The notes beneath the pieces are model-generated. The model was not told the origin of the DNA. It saw only the letters and a list, made by a program, of their open reading frames with translations, and did no database searches. This document shows positions 8,659 through 16,824 of a DNA stretch of 64,000 nt, in pieces (position 1 is the stretch's first letter; every line of letters starts with the position of its first letter). The stretch is taken from assembly GCA_017503285.1 (NCBI GenBank), contig JAFVTH010000007.1, positions 71,088 through 135,087 of the forward strand, given 5' to 3'. Source of the stretch: Clostridia bacterium (lineage in GTDB: Bacteria > Bacillota > Clostridia > Oscillospirales > CAG-272). The position numbers and the translations under genes are program-made.

Positions 8659-9717
8659 ATGAAACGAAACGGATATATTGACATTATAAAATTTATTTTT
8701 GCCATAATCATAGTTGGATTTCATGTAAATGCAAATTTATTCCAGGGTGGAAGAATTGCCGTTGAGGGCTTTTTTATGATAAACGGCTACCTTATGCTTT
8801 CTTCTCTTGACAGAGAGAAGAATAAGGAAAGCAGCCTTGCCGGCTCAACGGTTAATTTCTTGTGGAGAAAATACAAATCCCTGTTTTATTTCTTATTACC
8901 ATCGGTAATAATAGGCTTTGCGGTTTTTTCTCTATACTACGAGTATTCATTTACACAGGCAATAGGCAGAGCTCCACTCTTGATTTTTGATATTATCCCA
9001 CTATATTGCGTGGGCTTAAGAGGACAGCACGTGGTGGGAATATCCTGGTACCTGTCAGCTATGTTTATAGCCCTTGCGGTTTTATATCCCTTGGCAAGAA
9101 AATTCAGAAAAAGCTTTACAACCATAGCATGCCCATTGATAGTTCTTTTAGGCTATGGCACACTTGCGTATTTCTTTAAGCACCTTGCTGTAAACGAGCA
9201 ATACATAGAGGGTACTATAATTAACAGCGGTCTTGTAAGAGGCTTGGCAGGCTGTGCGCTGGGATGCGTTATGTATGAGCTTAGCAAGCTGATTTCAAAT
9301 AAAACCCCAACCGTATTTACAAGAGCTGCTTGCACCGTTATGGAGGTGGGCGCCTTTTGTGGATTTTACTATTTGATGCATGAGCATTCAAAGAGCATTT
9401 ATGAGTATATAAACATAATACTTATCTTCATATTTATGTTTATCGGAATAAATGGCCTTTCCTATACCTCTTATCTGTGGAACCCCAAATGGACAAAGCC
9501 GTTTGGCGTTATAAGCACTCTTCTGGTGCTTAACCACGTTTGCTGGTCGTACTACTTAAGAAAGCTGATTGGACAGGGCTTCCAGCACACAAAGGACGTG
9601 CTTTGGTATATCTTAGCCGTTGCGCTTAGCTGCGTTGTGGTGTACCTTGCAAGCTTACTTTTAAGGTGGATAACAAAAAGCCTTTCAAAAATAAAGCTCT
9701 GGAAGGAGCAGAAATAA
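8659..9717 (+). CDS. Acyltransferase family 3 (OafA/YrhL-like) integral membrane protein
   Basis: Polytopic membrane protein of 352 aa starting MKRNGYIDIIKFIFAIIIVGFH, the usual acyltransferase_3 N-terminus. Confidence 0.75.
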   Translation: MKRNGYIDIIKFIFAIIIVGFHVNANLFQGGRIAVEGFFMINGYLMLSSLDREKNKESSLAGSTVNFLWRKYKSLFYFLLPSVIIGFAVFSLYYEYSFTQAIGRAPLLIFDIIPLYCVGLRGQHVVGISWYLSAMFIALAVLYPLARKFRKSFTTIACPLIVLLGYGTLAYFFKHLAVNEQYIEGTIINSGLVRGLAGCALGCVMYELSKLISNKTPTVFTRAACTVMEVGAFCGFYYLMHEHSKSIYEYINIILIFIFMFIGINGLSYTSYLWNPKWTKPFGVISTLLVLNHVCWSYYLRKLIGQGFQHTKDVLWYILAVALSCVVVYLASLLLRWITKSLSKIKLWKEQK

Positions 9718-9770
9718 AAAAGCAGGCATGAAGTGAACTAAATGGGGTTCACTTCAGAGCCTGCTTTTTA
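9716..9770. terminator. Bidirectional intrinsic terminator
   Basis: AAAAAAGCAGGC..GAAGTGAAC-loop-GTTCACTTC..GCCTGCTTTTT, between convergent genes. Confidence 0.8.
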
Positions 9771-9772
9771 TT

Positions 9773-12724
9773 TTATTTTCCAAGTGTGTTAAACTTGTAT
9801 ACAAAGCCGGAGTTTCTCTTCTTCTTTATCATTGGCCAGAAGATTGTGAAGAATATTGCAACGCCAATTAGAAGAACAAGGAGAACGCTACCGATAACGA
9901 TAAGGGCAATGATTCCAGCCTCAAGCTCTTCCTTCTCCGTGGATTCAAGACGAGGAATTTCCTCGATAATCTGCTTTTGACAAACGGAGCAGAAGAATTG
10001 CTTTTGACCCTTAGACTCGGTTGTTGCCTCAACAATAACCTCGCCCTCACCCTCTAAAACGTGCTGACCGGGAACGGAGGTTGGTCGTTTGTTTCCACAA
10101 ACCTCACAAACCTTATAGCCTGTGCCCTCTACAAGACATGTACCGGGCTTTTCAACAACAGGCTCGCCATAGCGGTGTGTACCAGTTGGCATAACGTAAA
10201 CGTTTTTAGTCTTAGAGCAAATCTTACAGGTGTGGATTTCCTGACCGCCAAGACCACAGTTTGCCTGGATGGTAACCTGTACATTCTTTGTATCCCAATC
10301 GTGAATACCGTTTGGAGAGATAGCATCGTGATATATACGGTTAGACGGAACGTCTGGCTCAATTGCGCCACAAGCACAAACACCAAGGGTGTAGTAGCTC
10401 ATTTCACAAATGTAGCCGGGGCAGAAAATCTTTTCTGATGCTGTGTAAATATGAACGTTGTAGTCATATGGAAGAGTAGTCTTGTTTTCCGTATCAACGT
10501 GACCACAAACAGTACACTTGTGTGCCCAATAGCCTCTTATACGGCAGGAGGATGGAACAAGCTCAATAAGAGCAGGGTTGTATCCGGTTACCTTATCGTA
10601 TTTAGCACTCAAATCGTAGGTATGCTCAAGAGGCTCGATTTTATCATATTGAACGCCGTTTTTAACAATGGCGCACCTTTCACAAACATCCTCCTTGTAG
10701 CCTGCCTCGGTACAGGTAGGGTCCTTAACCTTTGTTTTGTAATCGTGGGTTGCGTAGAAAATTTGCATTGTGCCAAATTGCTGGTCGTTTTGGTTGTAGC
10801 TCTTGCGTGCAACGCTGCTTAGTGCCTCGTTTGCGTTTCTTGGTGTTTCAATGCCTGTTGTTGGGTCAACTAAAGGAAGCATACCCTCAACAATAACCTC
10901 AACAAGCATAGATGCGTGCGTATCAAGCTGGAATGCGCCGCGCTTAATGGTTTTAACCGAAGCCCCAAAGGTAATTGTCTTCATTCTAACATTAGCAAGG
11001 GCTCTGTCAGAAATGGTACCTGCATTAAGCACAAGGTGCTCAATGTATAGCTTGGAGTCGGAGGCCTGCTCAAACGCGTTGTTTGCAATCTCAACGGAAA
11101 CGTGCTCAAGACCAACAATCTCCTCAAGCTTAGGCATTGAGTTAAAGGCATATTGCTGAACAACCTGCAAGGAGCGAGGTAGGGAAATTTTCTTAAGATG
11201 CTCGTTACGCATAAATGCACCGGAGCCGGCACCATTGCGGTAGCCACCATATATAGCCTCAGTGCCAAGAGGAATTTCAAGATAGATAATGTTTTCCTGC
11301 TTAACCTTGTAAGTGCCCTCCATGAATGCAGTGGTAAATGCCATAAGGGTAAGGCGACCGGTTGATTCATCAACGTTGTAGTCGAAAATATATTCAGAAG
11401 GAACTCTTATTTCCTCGTAGCTACCCTTGCTATTGATAACGCCGACAGTAACATAAACTGTTCTTGGGTCTGGATAAATATATTTTCTGTAGCTATCGCC
11501 ACAAATCTTACAGGTGTAGGTGTAGTAGCCTTCTCTTGTAACCTCCTCTGTGTTTATAAGGTCCTGAGAAAGCATAACCTCGTAGGAGTGACCCTTGCCA
11601 TTGGGATGGTTAACGGTGTACTCTGTGTCGCAGTAGGAGCACTTGTGTGTTACAGTAACCGCAGAGATACAGTCCGTGGATGGGTCATCTATAACAGGAC
11701 CCAGGTGGTTACATCTTGAAAACTCGTATAGTGTATCGCTCTTTTTTGTAAATACATAATTCTTGTCAGGGAAGAAGGACGTAATATCCTTTGAAAAGGT
11801 AGGCTTTTTGCCATTTAGAATGATAGCCTTATAAAATTCTGTATTCTTCGCGTAGCCGGTGGTTCCGTTTAGCTTAAAGTCCGCTGTGCCGATTGTGAGA
11901 ACTATAAATGTGCCCTCTTTATTTTGCGAGTAGTCATCAAAGAAATACTCACATTCTGTTTCATATGAGGAGCCGTCATAAAGCTCAACGCTACCATTCG
12001 TAGCACCATTTGTTCTAACAAGACGGTCAGCCCTTACAGCGCCCATAATATTAACATCAATAGCACCGGGGAAGCTTGTAATATCGGTTTTAACCTCTAA
12101 AAGACCACAGTTTGTGTTAACTATGGCATCAGCGCCGATTGTAAGAACAACATTGTCAGCGGTTGTGGCTGGAGAGAGAGCAACAAGTGAGTAAAGCACA
12201 AGGTTTGCGTCAGCCCCGGAATATGTATGGTTGATAGTACCGTTTTTAATAATAAGACCACAGTCCTTGCCGACAAAGCCGTTTGTCGCATTAATGTTAA
12301 TTGTAAAGCCGTTTAGGTCAATATATAGGTAAGGGTTTTTAAGCTCAATAGAGCTATTTATTGTAAGGTCAGAGTTTAGCTTAACATAGGTGTTTCCCTT
12401 GTCTATGTTGTTTTGCAGGCTTTGGCTTAGCGCAATAGCAGAGCCGTTTGCAGCCACGAAAGTGGTAGCCTCGTTTAAGGTCACGGTATGACCGGAGGGA
12501 TAAAGCGTGCCGTCCTTGGTGAACCAGCCCTTAAAGCTCTCGGCACCGCCGGCAGGCAAAGCGTAGCTAACGCCCTTGTCAACGTAGACAACGGTGGACT
12601 CCCCTTCATCAATATAAGTAACTGCAACCTTCTCAGTATCGGCAAGAGCAGTCAGAGCAAGCACGGAGGCAAGCACAAGCGCAACCGACAGAGCAAGCAC
12701 AATTTTGAAATTAACCCTTTTCAT
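9773..12724 (-). CDS. Large cell-surface protein: signal peptide, Flg_new repeat, BspA-type leucine-rich repeats, Cys/His-rich modules, C-terminal TM anchor
   Basis: Signal MKRVNFKIVLALSVALVLASVLALTALA. LRR block LPRSLQVVQQYAFNSMPKLEEI...IKRGAF. At least 7 CxxC modules (e.g. DPTCTEAGYKEDVCERC, HTCKICSK, YKVCEVCGN). C-terminal IIALIVIGSVLLVLLIGVAIFFTIFW followed by KKKR. Confidence 0.8.
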   Translation of the reverse strand: MKRVNFKIVLALSVALVLASVLALTALADTEKVAVTYIDEGESTVVYVDKGVSYALPAGGAESFKGWFTKDGTLYPSGHTVTLNEATTFVAANGSAIALSQSLQNNIDKGNTYVKLNSDLTINSSIELKNPYLYIDLNGFTININATNGFVGKDCGLIIKNGTINHTYSGADANLVLYSLVALSPATTADNVVLTIGADAIVNTNCGLLEVKTDITSFPGAIDVNIMGAVRADRLVRTNGATNGSVELYDGSSYETECEYFFDDYSQNKEGTFIVLTIGTADFKLNGTTGYAKNTEFYKAIILNGKKPTFSKDITSFFPDKNYVFTKKSDTLYEFSRCNHLGPVIDDPSTDCISAVTVTHKCSYCDTEYTVNHPNGKGHSYEVMLSQDLINTEEVTREGYYTYTCKICGDSYRKYIYPDPRTVYVTVGVINSKGSYEEIRVPSEYIFDYNVDESTGRLTLMAFTTAFMEGTYKVKQENIIYLEIPLGTEAIYGGYRNGAGSGAFMRNEHLKKISLPRSLQVVQQYAFNSMPKLEEIVGLEHVSVEIANNAFEQASDSKLYIEHLVLNAGTISDRALANVRMKTITFGASVKTIKRGAFQLDTHASMLVEVIVEGMLPLVDPTTGIETPRNANEALSSVARKSYNQNDQQFGTMQIFYATHDYKTKVKDPTCTEAGYKEDVCERCAIVKNGVQYDKIEPLEHTYDLSAKYDKVTGYNPALIELVPSSCRIRGYWAHKCTVCGHVDTENKTTLPYDYNVHIYTASEKIFCPGYICEMSYYTLGVCACGAIEPDVPSNRIYHDAISPNGIHDWDTKNVQVTIQANCGLGGQEIHTCKICSKTKNVYVMPTGTHRYGEPVVEKPGTCLVEGTGYKVCEVCGNKRPTSVPGQHVLEGEGEVIVEATTESKGQKQFFCSVCQKQIIEEIPRLESTEKEELEAGIIALIVIGSVLLVLLIGVAIFFTIFWPMIKKKRNSGFVYKFNTLGK

Positions 12725-12916
12725 TGTAATCTCCTTGTAATTTTAGTCAAATTGACAACATAAAGTAATAGTGTTCACTTTAGATTATACAATATTTACA
12801 AAAAGTTGTCAATATATAATATAATAATTAATGTAAAGAAGATAACTACTTATTTATTGACATACGACAAAATTCGTGATAAAATTAAGTAGCAATCAAG
12901 CCTTAAGGAGGAAAAG

Positions 12917-13489
12917 ATGGATAAAATTAAGAAAACCAAGTGGTTTTGGCTATATTTTGTTGGTTCGGGCTTGCTTTTGGTTTTGGGCATTATGCTTTTA
13001 CCTGTTTGGAAGGATATTGTGCCCTTTTTCGATAAGCTAAGCAGTGAGTTTGTAAATTACATAATCGGCGGTCTTTTGGTACTGTACTCGATTTTTTATC
13101 TAATACCGAGGTGCCAAAGACATAAGGGCTCCTTTGTTCAAATTCTTATGGTTATTGAAATTGTGCTTATGATAGTAATAGCCATCGGCTGTGTGCTTGT
13201 AAGCGCAAAGATTATAAATCTTGATAACCCGTGCCAAATTTTGGCGCTGGCGCTATGGTGCAGAGGCGTTATAGAGGTCTTTTGCGGAGTTTTCCATATA
13301 AAGGAGGGCAATAAGGATTACGCAATTTGGAAAACAATAGTTGCCGTTTTGCTCGTTACCCTTGGCGCTTACTTCTTTGCAAGTCCCTTTTTCCAAAAAA
13401 TCCACCTACAATGGATTGTGGCAGCATCTGTTATCATCATAGCAATTGTGCTTTTTGTAATAGGCTTTCTTGCCAAGCCAAAAAGATGA
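12917..13489 (+). CDS. Hypothetical integral membrane protein (about 5-6 TM helices)
   Basis: Hydrophobic 190-aa ORF with an AAGGAGG RBS. No recognisable motif. Confidence 0.6.
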   Translation: MDKIKKTKWFWLYFVGSGLLLVLGIMLLPVWKDIVPFFDKLSSEFVNYIIGGLLVLYSIFYLIPRCQRHKGSFVQILMVIEIVLMIVIAIGCVLVSAKIINLDNPCQILALALWCRGVIEVFCGVFHIKEGNKDYAIWKTIVAVLLVTLGAYFFASPFFQKIHLQWIVAASVIIIAIVLFVIGFLAKPKR

Positions 13490-13496
13490 TAAAAAC

Positions 13497-13527
13497 TAAA
13501 AAAGCGACACCCTGTGTCGCTTTTTTG
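13497..13527. terminator. Bidirectional intrinsic terminator
   Basis: AAAAAAGCGACAC-CCT-GTGTCGCTTTTTT. Confidence 0.85.
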
Positions 13528-13535
13528 TTTGCTTT

Positions 13536-14402
13536 CTAAAATTTTGGAGTATATTTTGACGTGTTTGCGCCCTTGCCCTGTAAATATCCATCAAAGCCTA
13601 AATCAACAGCGTGGCTCAAAACGCTTTCGTACTCAAAGCTTGTAAGATTTCGGCATAGCTCCTTATATTTTGGGTCGCAAAATTCCGGTGTGTACTGACT
13701 CATTAGTGAAAGCTTAAAGGCACTTATATCAAAGCGGGATTTTAGCTCATCTAAAATCCTTATGCTGTCCTGTCTAAGGGTAGGGAGCACAAGATGCCTT
13801 ACAATAACACCGCTTTTCATAATTCCGTTTTCGTCAAGGACTACCTTGGGCTTTGCTTCAAGCATTTTTTCAAGGGCTGATATAGCCACGGTAAAATAGT
13901 CGCCTCTGTGAGAATATTTAGCCGATGCCTCAGAGGAAAAATACTTAAGGTCGGTAAGAAAAACATCCACGTACCCCGCCATTTTTTCAATTTCCTCGGC
14001 TTTTTCATAGCCGGAGGTGTTATAAACAACAGGTATTTTCAGCTGACCCCTTACTAAGTCTAAGGCTTGTCGAATTTTGTCGGAATAGTGGGTTGGGGTA
14101 ACAAGATTTATGTTGTGTACTCCCTTGTCCTGTAGCTCCAGCATAATTTCGCCAAGGTCAGAGGCAGAATATATCTTTCCGACACCGCCACAACTTATTT
14201 CCTTGTTTTGACAGTATACACAGCCGAGAGGACAGCCGGAAAAGAAGATGCACCCGGAGCCGTTTGTACCGCTAATAGGCGGCTCCTCCCACATATGCAC
14301 CATATATTTTGCAATTCTTATTTTGTCATCAGAGTGGCATGCGCCAAGATATGCTGAACGGTCAACCCCACATTGACAGGGACACAAATAGCATTTTTCC
14401 AT
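13536..14402 (-). CDS. Radical SAM protein, PflX-like (COG1313; homolog of PFL-activating enzymes, function unknown)
   Basis: CPLGCVYCQN (CX3CX2C) plus an N-terminal extra Cys cluster CYLCPCQCGVDR...GAC. Its start overlaps the upstream stop by 1 nt (TAATG). Confidence 0.8.
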   Translation of the reverse strand: MEKCYLCPCQCGVDRSAYLGACHSDDKIRIAKYMVHMWEEPPISGTNGSGCIFFSGCPLGCVYCQNKEISCGGVGKIYSASDLGEIMLELQDKGVHNINLVTPTHYSDKIRQALDLVRGQLKIPVVYNTSGYEKAEEIEKMAGYVDVFLTDLKYFSSEASAKYSHRGDYFTVAISALEKMLEAKPKVVLDENGIMKSGVIVRHLVLPTLRQDSIRILDELKSRFDISAFKLSLMSQYTPEFCDPKYKELCRNLTSFEYESVLSHAVDLGFDGYLQGKGANTSKYTPKF

Positions 14403-14731
14403 TATAAGCTACCGGCAGTCAGCTTAATAATTTTCTTAATATCGTCCGGCTGCTCCTTTGCCTCGTGGGCGGTGCGATTTCTCTTTATCTCTCCGCATTT
14501 TCTGCATTTATGCAAAATAACATATCCCTTTTTTGAGTCCAGCTCTACTTTTATAGGGTCCATTACTCCGCCACAGGTGTTTTCCCTGTCGCCAGGCATA
14601 ATATCGACGTGCTTGGAGCAAAGACAAACAGGGCAGTGATTTCTTGAGGAGTACCCAAGGGGCAAAACCTGCGCCCCGCAGTTTTCGCAGATAAATCCGC
14701 TGTCGTTTTTAGTAAATCTTTTGTTTTCCAT
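14402..14731 (-). CDS. RNHCP domain protein (zinc-ribbon-like, uncharacterised)
   Basis: The literal RNHCP signature is present: GFICENCGAQVLPLGYSSRNHCPVCLCSKHVD, followed by CGG...HKCRKCG. Confidence 0.8.
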   Translation of the reverse strand: MENKRFTKNDSGFICENCGAQVLPLGYSSRNHCPVCLCSKHVDIMPGDRENTCGGVMDPIKVELDSKKGYVILHKCRKCGEIKRNRTAHEAKEQPDDIKKIIKLTAGSL

Positions 14732-14732
14732 A

Positions 14733-16103
14733 TTATTTTCCTACACAAAATCTTGAAAAGATTGCGTTTACAACCTCCTCGCTAACCCCTCTTGCATCAA
14801 TCATATCAAGGTGGGCAAGGGCGTTTTCAAGGTAGGTGCAAACAATGTCATTCGTTGCCCCAAGAGTAAATGCAGTCATAGCCTCCCTTGTCTCCTCAAG
14901 AGCAAGGCTAACGCTGGAAAGCTGTCTTGCGTTTGAAATTATTGCATCGCTTGAAATATCAATTTTACCAAGCTCGTAAATTTCGGAAACCACCCTTGCA
15001 AGCCCCTCGTAGCCGGATTTATCCTTTGCGCTAAGATAAACGGCATAAGGAACTGCTTTTTTGATTTTTTCCTCAAATTCCTTGGAAATAGCCGGGGGAG
15101 TGTCTGATTTATTCAAAATTGCAATGGCACATTTGTCCTTGATTGCCTCTAAAATTTCGTAGTCCTCATCAGTTTCCTTGCGGCTTAAATCAAAGACGCA
15201 AAGCAAAAGCTCGGAGCTTTCGATTTTAGAAAGCGCACGCTGAACACCGATTTTCTCAACCGTGTCCTCGGTGGCTCTTATGCCTGCTGTGTCGGCAAGG
15301 TTTAGAGTAACGCCACCAAGAGAAAGGGTGCTTTCTATAACATCTCGTGTTGTGCCCTCGATATCTGTAACAATAGCAACCTCGTCGCCGAGGAGCATAT
15401 TGTAAATGGAGCTTTTTCCTGCATTTGGCTTGCCGATAATAGCAGTTTTAATGCCCTCGGAAATGGCTCTGCCTGCACGATAGCTTTGCCTTAGCTTGTC
15501 AAGCTCACAAAGCGCAAAGGTAAGCGCGCTGCCGATTTCATCTCTGCCTGCCTCGTCAATATCCTCATCGGGGTAGTCGATTGTAACATATGCGTGGGCA
15601 AGGATTGAAACAATTTTTTCTCTGATAGTTTCAACCTTAGAGGAAAGCACGCCTCTTGCCTGCGAGGATGAAAGACGGAGCTGCATATCGGTTTTTGCAT
15701 CAATAACATTTCCAATGGCCTCAGCCCTTGAAAGAGTAAGCTTTCCGTTTAGAAAGGCGCGCTTTGTAAATTCTCCCGCACCTGCCATAACAGCCCCACA
15801 GGACAGCACGCTTTCAAGCACGGCTTGCGTGGAGTAAATACCGCCATGGCAGCAGATTTCACAAACATCCTCTCCTGTGAAGGAGCTTGGGGCTTTGAAA
15901 TATGTAAAAACGCCGTCGTCAATAATCTCCCCGTCACGGAGAATGCTGCCGTAGTAGCACATTCTTGGCTTTGGCTCTTTTGTGGAGATGGAAACGACCC
16001 TAAGTCCAATTTCAAGCGCCTCGGGACCACTTATACGAATAAGAGCAACTCCACCCTTGCCACGGGCTGTGGATATTGCCGCAATAGTCTTGTTTTCTAT
16101 CAT
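14733..16103 (-). CDS. mnmE: tRNA modification GTPase MnmE (TrmE)
   Basis: G domain GKPNAGKSS, DTAGIR, NKSD. N-terminal THF-binding domain. C-terminal FCVGK motif. Confidence 0.95.
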   Translation of the reverse strand: MIENKTIAAISTARGKGGVALIRISGPEALEIGLRVVSISTKEPKPRMCYYGSILRDGEIIDDGVFTYFKAPSSFTGEDVCEICCHGGIYSTQAVLESVLSCGAVMAGAGEFTKRAFLNGKLTLSRAEAIGNVIDAKTDMQLRLSSSQARGVLSSKVETIREKIVSILAHAYVTIDYPDEDIDEAGRDEIGSALTFALCELDKLRQSYRAGRAISEGIKTAIIGKPNAGKSSIYNMLLGDEVAIVTDIEGTTRDVIESTLSLGGVTLNLADTAGIRATEDTVEKIGVQRALSKIESSELLLCVFDLSRKETDEDYEILEAIKDKCAIAILNKSDTPPAISKEFEEKIKKAVPYAVYLSAKDKSGYEGLARVVSEIYELGKIDISSDAIISNARQLSSVSLALEETREAMTAFTLGATNDIVCTYLENALAHLDMIDARGVSEEVVNAIFSRFCVGK

Positions 16104-16112
16104 TTGAACCTC

Positions 16113-16667
16113 TTATTTTTTCTCAATAATGAAAAAGTAGGGAGATGTGGGTGAGTTTACAATTTGGAACTTAGAAACGCTCATCTCAAAGCGGCTGATT
16201 GTCTTAAAATATTCCTCAAGCATAATCCCCTCAAGATAGCCCTCCTCGTGACCCGGATAAACTGCCACAAGCACAATGCCGCCACTATCCAGCATATCAA
16301 TAGCACCCTTAACAGCAGGCAAGGTTGTTTCTCTTTTTGTGGTAAGAGATTTATTGCCGCTGCCCGGCATATAGCCAAGGTTAAACATGCCTGCCTTGAT
16401 TTTTGTATCTATGTAATTTTTTGCATTGTGGTGTGAGTCGTTAATAAGAACATAGTTGTTGGGACAGCCCTCGCCCTCAAGGGTCTTTTTTGTGCTGACT
16501 AATGCCCCCGGCTGTATATCAAAGGCGAAAACCCTGCCATTTTCCCCAACAGCCTTGGAAAGAAATGCAGTATCGTGTCCGTTGCCCATAGTAAAGTCGG
16601 CGCAGGTGTCCCCCTCTTTTATGTGAGCAAGAATAAAGCTTTTTTGTAATGTGAGTAAATCGGTCAT
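16113..16667 (-). CDS. mnmM: YtqB/MnmM-family class I SAM methyltransferase (tRNA mnm5s2U34 methyltransferase type)
   Basis: DFTMGNGHDTAFLSKAVGENGRVFAFDIQ...FNLGYMPGSGNKSLTT...VYPGHEEG matches the B. subtilis YtqB sequence as I recall it. Ends 9 nt before mnmE. Confidence 0.75.
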   Translation of the reverse strand: MTDLLTLQKSFILAHIKEGDTCADFTMGNGHDTAFLSKAVGENGRVFAFDIQPGALVSTKKTLEGEGCPNNYVLINDSHHNAKNYIDTKIKAGMFNLGYMPGSGNKSLTTKRETTLPAVKGAIDMLDSGGIVLVAVYPGHEEGYLEGIMLEEYFKTISRFEMSVSKFQIVNSPTSPYFFIIEKK

Positions 16668-16749
16668 AAAAATCTCCTAATTTTCTTACAAAAATTATAC
16701 CCCTCTTTTGCATTTTTGTCAAGGGCAGGGCTTTTTATAATATTATTTC

Positions 16750-16778
16750 TTGACAAACAACATACTTAGTGCTAAAAT
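16750..16778 (+). promoter_or_regulatory. Sigma-A-type promoter for alaS
   Basis: TTGACA, 17 nt, TAAAAT, 46 nt upstream of the ATG at 16825. Confidence 0.65.
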
Positions 16779-16824
16779 GTAGGTGCTAATTTTATATTTC
16801 ATCATAATGAAAGGACAAATTCTT

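Noticed and set aside
16668-16824. A T-box leader upstream of alaS.
   Set aside because: The leader between the predicted promoter and the ATG is only about 45 nt. It has no specifier-loop or T-box sequence and no terminator/antiterminator pair.
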